In this document: one piece after another, positions 39,643 to 50,084 of the stretch
Position numbering within the stretch: position 1 is the first letter of the stretch
How the letters are laid out: each line of letters opens with the position of its first letter
DNA from: Podarcis gaigeae
Taxonomy: Eukaryota
Assembly: GCA_964106915.2 (NCBI GenBank)
Contig: OZ066914.1
Length of the DNA stretch: 64,000 nt
Reading direction: 5' to 3' (one strand)
Program-made: the position numbers and the translations under genes
Notes under the pieces: model-generated
Database searches by the model: none
The model's input: only the letters and a program-made list of their open reading frames with translations
What the model was told of the DNA's origin: nothing

Positions 39643-42600
39643 CTGTACAATAAGATTCAGTCACAGAATCAACCCCTTCTACTTCTGAGGAGATTTGTAG
39701 GTCATGACAATCTGTTTGGCAAAGGTATTTGAGGCTAAAAAAACTAGAGTATGTTAAAACAGATTAATTTTCAGACATAACATTCCGAAAGGTGTACCCA
39801 TGAACTTCTAAGTTGCTTAATAATCTATTGTACTTTCCCAACTTAAGGAGGTTCTGCCCATCTTCTCACAGAGTGCAACTGTGAACTTGAACCAGCAAAT
39901 ATTTTAAAAGCAACCATAGAGCTTTCAAGTGTTAGCTAACTAACACATTAGCTAACTATCACAATGAAAAAACATCGTCCTTGAACACAGGTTTAGCTCT
40001 CAGCCACTCAAACTTTACTTTAGATACACCCCCAAATTCAAAATGTTTTAATGAAAACACAGAATGCTTCTGTCAGATTACTAGCTCTGGTTATTGCTTG
40101 AGGAGCACTGAGTTGAGCTACAAACAATGAAACACTAGTTTATTTTTTATACAAATATTTCTTTTGCTTTTGCATCAACCATCATATAAAATATCTACAG
40201 TCATTTTTTATCACCAAGTTCACATGAAACCCCAAATGTTTGCCATGCACAAGATGGTCTTTTTCACTTGTCTCCTCACAGACAACACTGTCTGAAGAAT
40301 TTCCTTACATTGAGGACTTGAAATTTTATAAAACTGAATGCCCTGTCTTGATCACTACCATTACTAATCTACAAATATATTTTAAGAAAGTATTCAATAA
40401 ACTGTGTAGGTTCCAAACATCACAATTATATCAAACCTAGCAAGAATTAGCAACAGCACTCTAGTATAAAAATTGTATTTTACCTTAACACACCAACTCA
40501 AAGAGCCCCACAGGCTTCATATGCAGCTTGAATTTGCCACCATCCATGTGTTCTCTTAACATTAAAACTCTTCTTCTTACAGTCTCTTTCACAATTATCA
40601 GTCCATTCTTTTTGCTTTTGAGGTGTTTCCACTGCCCCAAATAGCACTTAGTATGTAGAAAGTATGGTATGGGTCCATCCCAGCAGTTTCCTGACCAGCC
40701 CACCTGCAGCAATTTTGTCCACTCAGCAAAAGTAAGCAAAGTACGGGAAACGTCTGTTCATGCTGTCCTTTCTGAATCCGCTCTGTCTTGCTGCTGCTTC
40801 ATTCACACTGGGGGATCTTCACGCCAAAACAACTTTATGGAATCACAGTCTCTGATTGGAGTTTCCGACTGCAGACTTGGGATTTCACTTTATGAGGATA
40901 CGTTGTTAATTCATTCTTCCTGCTTTCATTTTCTTTTCGTTAAATGGATATAAGCTTCTTATCTTCAGAAAAAAATTAATGACGGATGAGTATCACAATT
41001 TCATTTCTTCAATGCTTTTAAAGTCCAATTACCAATTTCAGTGAACACCAGATTATTTTCATTTGCTCTCATTTCCATTCTTGTCTTGGGTTCATGTCCA
41101 ACAAAGTTCAAAGTCTGACGCTAATGTCCGTTATGTTGATCATTGCTCCCTAAAGTCTTTCTGCTCTTCTCTTGAGTATGGATAGGCGTGGTATCATACA
41201 TAAGGAACACTGAAAACTGGTGTCAGATGAATAAACCCTTCTGCATAACAAATGTTGAGCATTTAAACCAAAAATTATTTGAACACAAAACATTATTACA
41301 GCTCAGAGTTCTGCACATTGCTGATTCTAAACATTTGCGTACCACCTGAGTTCCCCCCATGAAGCTTTTATCCCCAAAACAAAACAAAAACACCTCTCCA
41401 AACATTGGCATTATTAATTTTATATTATATTAAAAGTATAATAATACAGATTTTAATAAGACATTCTTATGGGACAAGGGGCCCCAAAACATCCTGGAAA
41501 ATCTCCACATACCAACACCTCCAAAAATGCTTCCCACCTTTACAAAATTACTGGTATTTAACTTTTAACAGTTTCAACTTGAATTATATGCATATTTCTG
41601 AAGAATGAACAGGCATACAGACAATTACGCTGATACATGCTGCTAGATGCATACAATTTGTAAGGCGAGCCCAAATAAAGATATCAAAACTCATGTTAAC
41701 AAATTCCCGCAGGTTCCAAAATGTCAGCTAAGAAATAAGCAAAGGCCAGAGCCAACATCCTTAGAACAAACTGTTGTTGTGTTGCTTTTAAAACAAGCCA
41801 TATTCTCATTAAATATAAAAACATAGCTTGTTGTTAAAACATTTATTCAAATACTTGTGCAACAAGAAACCAAGCATAATTCAAGCTAAAACAGAAATGG
41901 AAGCCAGGATATTGTTTGATATTCTTTTAGCTTTAGAGGGGCACCATGGAATGTGTTGTGTCATCAAGTGCTGTCCCTACTACTGAAAAGACCCAAGGCA
42001 AAACAGTATGTAGTAGACGTTCTATAATATAATCTGAGATGATTTGAGTGAACTGCAAACATTCAGACGTTTTAACTAGACAAACATAGGAGTGTAACTT
42101 AAGTGATCTAAGCAAATATGTTTATGTACATCAAAAGATGTAACCCTCTAATCCCTCTCAACTGATTTAAGAATTCATCAAAGTTTGCCTTTAAAAGATT
42201 AAGACCAGACTAGCTATGTGGCAGGACAAATGAAAACAAGTATTCTGGCAGACTTAAGGTAGGTTTGCAGTGATGTCAGCATGTGATTGTCTGCATTGCC
42301 AAATTCCAAGGAAGCCTGGTAGATTGGGCAGATGAAAATGTGTAGAGCCCATTTCCATAACACAGTGATAATAAATGCTTTTGACAGGTGATTTGTATTA
42401 TTTGGGAGCTATACATCACCAAGTGCCTGAAGACTACTTTTCATATTTTGCCCCCTTATCCATCAAGTAAAAACACTTACACTTGCTCCCAATAATAATA
42501 GCAAGGGCTACTTTTGGTTGAATTTGAAGTACCATGCCAAATCACTAAAGAGGTTCTCTTAAGTGTCTTTCATTCACCCTGTGTTGCATATTCCTGTACC

Positions 42601-45600
42601 TGAAGACAGCTGCACGCAAGAGTTTACTGCAGAAATTGGTCCTAAATTGCAACATGTTGCATCGTTTTCTTCTGAATGATCTAGATAACAGTTTCAAAAA
42701 AATTAATGAAGGTTCTGTTCTGAAACTATCCATTTCTGTGTTTTCCGTACCAAGTTTAATCTTCTTCTACTACTGTCTAGACTTGTCCTGTTTAAAACGA
42801 ATTATTCAGAGTAAGAAAATCATGAAGGCAGTTTCAAAAAGTAACTTAACCTTATTTTGCTAATCCCCTGCTTCAGAAAGTGTATTAAAATTGGGCAAGA
42901 GCCAAAAAAAAACAAAAACAAAACAAAACAAAACAAAACCTGAACAAAACAAACAAATCACTTGGCTCAACTGAGTAAGTTACTCATTCAGAAGTAGACC
43001 CATTTAAGTGGATTTAAGCCCACTTATTTCAGTGGGTCTACTCAATGCTAATTTAGGATTATCAGCCTATATGGTCATCCAGAAAATGATCTTGAAAAAG
43101 CCAGCAAAACAAAATCCTATTCAAGTGCTAGACCCATTTTTCCATCTCTCTCTGCCCCAGGTTTCTTTCCACCAGAAGCATATATCATATAAATATATCT
43201 TAGAACCAGTTACAACTTTTTGGTCAAAGCTGTTTATTTATGAAGCTTTTGTCTAGAGCTTAAATAAAGTCAGAGAAATAAGTCTGCATGTACAAATATA
43301 TGGTTTTAGATGTACAGAGAATAAGACAGGCTACCACCATATACCAATTCATACCAGGAGCACTTGATTTGAAGAGCACCTTCAAGAACATGAACCCTTA
43401 ACATTTTCAATCACTTCCATAATTAGCCACCCTTAGAGAAGAGTTACTGGCATGCAGCCATACGTCGAAGGGAAAACTCAGACATTTAACCTTTGCTATA
43501 CAGAGTCTAGTTTCAGAGCTGACCTTATGGTACTGACCTTACAGTACTGCAGACTAGCAGTTGACTCAGACAGAAAAGAAACAGCCAAATATCAACTTGG
43601 CAATGGAAGAAACTGATGTTTAATTTAATTTAATAATGATGACTATATATCACCATCACCAGGACAATGTGAAATGTAGCATAAACAAAGTAATAATGGT
43701 GTATTCCTCAATTATTAACTAGAAAAGAATTTTAATTATCTTTTCAGTTGACCTTTCAGGAGGGGTATGATGTCAAACAAAATATTAACACTGAAAGATG
43801 GAAGTGCAAGATTAAACAGACTAAATTGCTTTAGCTGTATCAGAACTGCCAGAGTAGACAGTCCATTTAAAAGGATACATACATTGTGAAAGTCCATCAG
43901 CTGGGGGCCCTATAATCAGTTTGAAAATACTGCCTTACTCGGCCTCTGTTTAGTTGAACTTCAGGTAAGACATTTCTTCAGATAAGGTAGTAACCTCCAC
44001 CTCCACCCCACAAATTAAGTACCTTAAGATTAACACCGCCATAAACCCTTAATATGCAGCTTATATTCTTGAGCAAAAAATGCATTCTCTGAGAATAAAA
44101 ATTGAAAGGAAAGATATCATTGATATCAGCCTGGGGTCAATCTTTACTGAACCTTTTACCAGGCAATGCCAGGAATTTTACCTGACACATCTTCAGCAGG
44201 CAAAATATCTGCTCATTGAGCTATGGTCTCTTCTTTCTCAGACCCTGCTTCTAGTGGCACAACATCCAAGGTTGGAGAGCCCTCCATAATGGCCCCCATG
44301 AGCTGCAAGGAATTTCCAGCAGAAGGAAATTCCACCTCTTGCCCAGTGGAAGTGGTTTTCACTTGTGCATTGGGATCCTGCTCCATGATAACATAAGTGA
44401 GCTCTGAACACCTGAATGTTAATAAATCTACGGAAAGAAATCTTAGAAGAATGAACCCTGATATCCATCTCTACTAGTCTTTTTAGGGTATTCCATTCTA
44501 ATTATATAACTGCTACTTACCCCCCAAAGCTTAATTAAGTCTGCAAATCAAAGAGACCCTGTGGAAGATGTTGCTCTGCTCACTGCTATATTCCAGTTCC
44601 CCAAGAAACTGGAGTATTCCAACAAGAACAAAGATTTCTGAAAGGCCACCTTGTTCATACAGATGTGCGAGCAAGGGAGCCGCTGTGAGCTAACATGAAA
44701 ATATAAAAGCAAACTTAATATTTGTTGCTCATTCATAAACATGCAACATACTTGAAATACTTAATACCAACCATAAGTAAACCATATATAGTACTCAACA
44801 GCAGTGATAACTGAATTTTAACAGCCCCAACAAAATGAATACCATGGATCCAAAAAGCAACACTGTTTTGCCTGAAAGCTTTCCCTTGCATTCTCCCAAA
44901 AAACCACCCTCGAGAGTAGAGGGAACCTCAAGAACAGTATGGGATGGGTGGTGAGGAAATGCAGTTGAACGGGGAGATCGGTAAGCTGCCTTGTGCAAGT
45001 AGAAGTCCTTTCAACTTATGTAAGACAAAGTCTGGATCCAAAGCTTTACTTTTATCTCATGCTGATAATGGTCACCAATTACTGGTAGCAACAGCTCTTG
45101 AAAGTTTTGCTTTAATAAAATTATGAGTAGTAGTAGCTTACTTAAACACACTATTTTTATACAACCTAAATATAGCTGAGGAAAGTATCACCATTTCTGG
45201 GATGTTTGACTGAATCAAGAAGTGTTTCAAAAAGTACAATTAGCAACCCAAAGTACATCTTTCCTCAATCGTCTTTATAAAAATAATTCACATCATTCAG
45301 TACTAAGTGTTCACTAACAAAGAATGTAAGGACTAAGAAATAAATACTAGTATTTTATTGTTAGAACACAAATCTCCAAGTTATACAAATTAGATGGATC
45401 AAACAGCATTGCCCAACATCAAAAAGGTAGAAAAGATAGGCCCAGATCCATACTGGAACTTAACGTCCCTACTACAAGCAAGTATTCAAAATGAAGGCTA
45501 TAGTCAGTTGTAAGCACCAGTAAGCGCCTGCCATGTCCTTAAGGGAATGAGCTGGATTGCACTATAAACATGTAGAATTCTGCTCCTGTCCCTCCCAAAG

Positions 45601-47337
45601 GCTATATAGTTCTCCCCCAATCTAGTGGGAAATTTCCAGAGTGGTATGCAAAGAGAGGTTATGTAAAAAAATATAAATGTAATCCAAGCATTCATCTTAA
45701 ACTGCAGTAAAGTTCAATTCTAGTCTGCTACATTCTATTCCTGTTGCCCTTGCATTCCAGAATCACATTTGTGCTACATTTTAGCTTCCAACATCAACCT
45801 ACAAGATTGATATCATTATTTGGAAGTACTGACCATTTAAAACCACAATACCAACAAATCCAGAATTCGTCTGGATATTGACCTGATTTCAGAGAAGCTG
45901 GGAAGGTGAAGTAAGCCACTGAAGTTAAGCTCTCTCTTGTTTGTGAAAGGCACATTACATCATAAAAGCAATTTACATAAAATGTGCTACCAAAACACTG
46001 AAGGATATTGTCTCATGTGGCTTCAATCACAACCAACTCTCCTTAAGAATAATCAAGTTCACGGCAGGGTTCTTTTAAAATAAAAAAAGCATATGCTTCC
46101 CTGTAATTTGTTTCCTAGTAAATACTAACGGTGATTGTGAAAAATGGTCGTTCTATTAGATTATATTTTAAAAGCAAATTCTGATGCAGATGATCTGCCT
46201 TTTTTCCAGGAAAGTTGACACAGTAATGCCAAAGCAAAACATGGCAAAACTGCCATACAGTCACTTTCAGACAGTTCAACAAGCTTCAAGGTAACCAGAA
46301 TATGTACCTTCACACAGTTTTAACAAGTGCCATAATAGCTCTGAGCAGTCATGATCTTTTGCAATGAATGTCTTGCAGAGTAACATTTAAAACTTTCAGC
46401 GTCTAAAACTTATATAGGATTTTGGATGTGACATTCCTGGTTGAATAAGCCATGAAGGAGTATCTGGTGCAAGTATCTTGTGTTTATGCTGGTTTTAGTA
46501 CTTTGAGCCCAGGCTCTTTAACTCAGTTTCCCATTATGTCTGAAATTGGGAGCACTGGTTTAATGTTGATTTACTAACCAGCATCTGAAATCTGATTTGC
46601 AAACTTGTATTAAACCTCAATTCCCCATTTCAGAGGAAAGTGTGACTTAAAAGCAGCTTGGGCTGAACCTGGCACACATGGGGAGGCAGGAATAAGCTTG
46701 ATGCTTATTCTTGCTTAATGAACTATGGTTTATTAAGAACTTTACCTCTGAGCCTGCCATATGTTAATAAACACTCATGAAGCATAAGTGATTAACATAT
46801 AACTAGAGTAACATGTGAGTCCATGTATAATGAAGCCCTAATGCTTCAGTTTGTTTTCCTGCTCTAGTCAGACTCACCTTTTCCAAAGTTACATATTTTT
46901 TATGATGTTTTTTTCTGATCTACCCACATAAAATAGCTTTGTAAGCTATTACTGCACCCATATTTTAGGTAGCTATCACCTCATGCTATTCACTGAGCAT
47001 TTTTCGGATGGGAATATCAATCAGGGAAACTAAACTGCTTGGCAGTGTCTCTAAGCACACTGTAGAAGCAAACTGAATTCAGTGGGGTGGGGAAGTAAAC
47101 AGAATTAAAAAAAAAAAACAGTTAAATATATCGGCAAATGTCTTACTGCAGTGGTTGCAGAACAATGCCACTAGCAATTACATTACTAAATTAATACCCA
47201 CCACCATATTAACAGTGCAATTCCACTGCCTGAAAATTCAAATTACCACCGTTCACAACCTTCTAATAATCTCTGTCTGGAGAGACCTTCCATACTTGCT
47301 TAAACTGAAATCTATTATTCCTTCTCCAAAGAAAAAG

Positions 47338-47915
47338 TTAGATCAAAGTCTCCAAAACACTTAATAAATCCAGGTTGAAGACATCTGTGCCACTTTCAGA
47401 CAAGAGAACACCATCTAGATGGAACAATCCTGGAGACTCTGGGACAAGTGAATCGTGTTTGATTATAATCCCTCCAATACGTTCCATAAAACTGCAGATT
47501 TCCCGATTTACTCTCTTCCTGCTTTTCTCCATAAATTCATGGGACATATCTTGGTTCCATGCTTTGCGGGGTACAATATTAGACCAGACAAGGATGCTGT
47601 TCTTGAATGTTATCTTAATATGTATTATATCTTTCTTCATTTGTCTTATGATATCATAATCTGCGTATGTCCCAAGGTCATTTCCTCCTAGATGGATCAC
47701 CAATATATCAGGATCTGTTAGGCGCCGCCGTGTGTGCAATAGGCTGGGTATCAACTGATCCCACGTCATGCCACTCTTTCCTAGCCAATGTAGTTTGGCA
47801 TCCTCCAGTCGAATGCCCAACTGTGGGCCAAAGCTTCTTTCAAGTGCTCTTTTTTCTGCCCAGAAAACGTAAGAATGACCACATATCCATACCTGTTTCT
47901 GCTTTCTTCTGCCAT
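47338..47915 (-). CDS. SGNH/GDSL-hydrolase-like coding exon in TSG101 intron 7; putative alternative terminal exon of TSG101, possibly retrotransposon (Ngaro)-derived
   Basis: Uninterrupted ~192-codon frame with SGNH blocks in order: I VWICGHSY, II WLGKSG, III PDILVIHLGGNDLG, V DGVLLS. Acceptor tgtttgttctcttaatagcag| is in phase 1, matching TSG101 exon 7. TAA at 47338-47340. Confidence 0.75.
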
Positions 47916-49986
47916 CTGCTATTAAGAGAACAAACATACATTAATGCTTCATAAATTTTGTGGCCCAAGCACCTCCTGAAAACTTTTTTCAGTGTTGTCT
48001 GAATTATTCCATGTAAAAATCAAAACATGAGACACCTCTATCTTAAAATACATGGCATAATAATCCATAAAGTCAACTCTTTATTTGAAGATTGGTGTGT
48101 AAAGTTTACAGGTAAAAATGCCTGCATTCAAGTTATAAGATCAATGGAAAGGAATGCATGCTCATGTACCCTTTTGATCAATCTTACAAGAGCAAGTGAA
48201 AATATCTTTTCTAAATAAAGTTGCTAACAATCCATTTAGATCTTGATAAAGTATATTGGTTTGATAGATGTGCTCTACTCAGAATGAAGTTCTTCCAGAT
48301 TTTTTTCCAAAATTAACAGAAGGTCAGGAGCAGAAGTCCATACCTTTCAAGCAGACCAAAAAGAGAAAGCTTCGACTGTTAAGAAAGCCCAGGGAGCAGA
48401 GTTATACTTCTCTATTAAATCTTATGTAGAAATTTATGTAACCATTTCCACGCTTTGCCTGACAGGATTATTTTTTGTTGCCACATGACACCTCCATTTC
48501 TAAAAATTCATTTTCTGAACAAAACGCTAGAAAGCTTGCACTAGGGATAGATTTTCTATTACTGCCCTGAAAGAATAGTAATTTGATCTCTTCTAAACAA
48601 TGTAGACCTCCAGTATTAAACTACAGAAAATTATCAGTTTTACATTTCCCCTGCAATTTTCAACTTGTTTTTGTTTATGAAGTCTTTTCCTGACATGCAA
48701 TCCAGTCAATTTTATAATTGTAAAAATGGTTTTATTGTTTTTAGAGTTTGCATCTTTTGTATTTGATCTTATTGTACATAGCTTCAATAGCATATGGCTC
48801 TGAAGCAGTCCATAGACCTGTAAAATAACAATAACGATAATAGTAATAGCTCAACAAAAGTGATGATAATTTTTGGAGTTCAAATATATTCTATGTGACA
48901 TTGGACAAGAAAATAGTGGATGATGATGTGGCCAGGGATCTTGCAGTCTTTGTGCTAAATAATAATGTGCGTTCTAAATTATACTCTTTGAGGGTTTCAA
49001 GTTTTTGCTTATCACTAGAGGCAACAATACGTTCAGATTCTTAGGACTTCTCTCCTGAACAGGTCTTTTAGTTCTGGGCTAAGCAGTAAAACAGGTGAGC
49101 AAGCATTTCAGCACCCAAGAATTACACTGAATGTGAAACAGAAGAAAGCTGTTGATTGGCACCTTTAGCTTACAGATCAACAAACTTCACAAGATGAAGA
49201 TCTGGTGATGGTAGCTGGGCTACTTCATGAACGGCACTTCTACACTTGGATCACACACAAAAAGAGTGGGGAAAAATTGCAGTTTGGGAGTGTACTGTTA
49301 AACATGATGGGAGTCAAGGATAGCTTGGTTCGCTTCCAGTTAAGCACGGAACTCAACTGTATTTTCAGTGCTGACTCGACAACAATCAAGGCTTCTTCAC
49401 ATCATCCTTAGGTACTGTTCTCCATCCTTGGCTGACATAGCAAAAGGCTTGTAAATAGACTGTAGTACTGCATCTTGGCTGCAGTTACTCCACCCTGGCT
49501 ACAGGCCTCTTCATTCTTGTGCCCAAATGATGCTGCTGTTCAAGTTCCTGGTACATTCAGTGGTGTGATCAAATGAAACCCACCCCTTTCTCATCATTGA
49601 AAAGTTCATGACTACAAGATCATTCCCCCAGTTAATAAGAACATAATAAATATGTAGGCTTAAAAAAAAAGAGGCTTCGCGCTTTAATTTATCTTGGACC
49701 TGCAAACATAATATTTTCAAACACATGTGAACTTCATTACATAAAACAGTTCAATAAAAAAGAAGATTGTTGAACAGTGAAAAGAGTTAATGATTGTTCC
49801 ATCAATCAAACAATGGAGAAAAAAATGAACATCTAGCATGGTTAAAGTGTAATGTAACTGATGTTTTTGCCACGAGGCACCTAATGCCCATCTCAGAAAT
49901 AGGTGTATTTGGATTTGCTTTATGCTGTATATTTAGAATGAGCAATCTCATTACATTCGGAAAAAGACACTTTCAAAGCTACTCAC

Positions 49987-50084
49987 CCACAGTAGTTACA
50001 GGAGGCTGAGAAGGGTAGTGTTGTGTGCTAGTTGTTGGTGGAAATGATCCGCTAGGGGGAGGGTAAGGATAGCTTGGGTAACCA
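49987..50084 (-). CDS. TSG101: TSG101 exon 7
   Basis: GYPSYPYPPPSGSFPPTTSTQHYPSQPPVTTV+G|gtgagt; 98 nt, phase-1 donor. Confidence 0.92.

Noticed and set aside
47916-47937. ATG at 47937 as the start of a stand-alone 199 aa SGNH gene
   Set aside because: The MFVLLIA segment is the translated polypyrimidine tract and acceptor, and no promoter-like sequence is adjacent. A spliced exon is the better model, though an independent nested transcript is not excluded.
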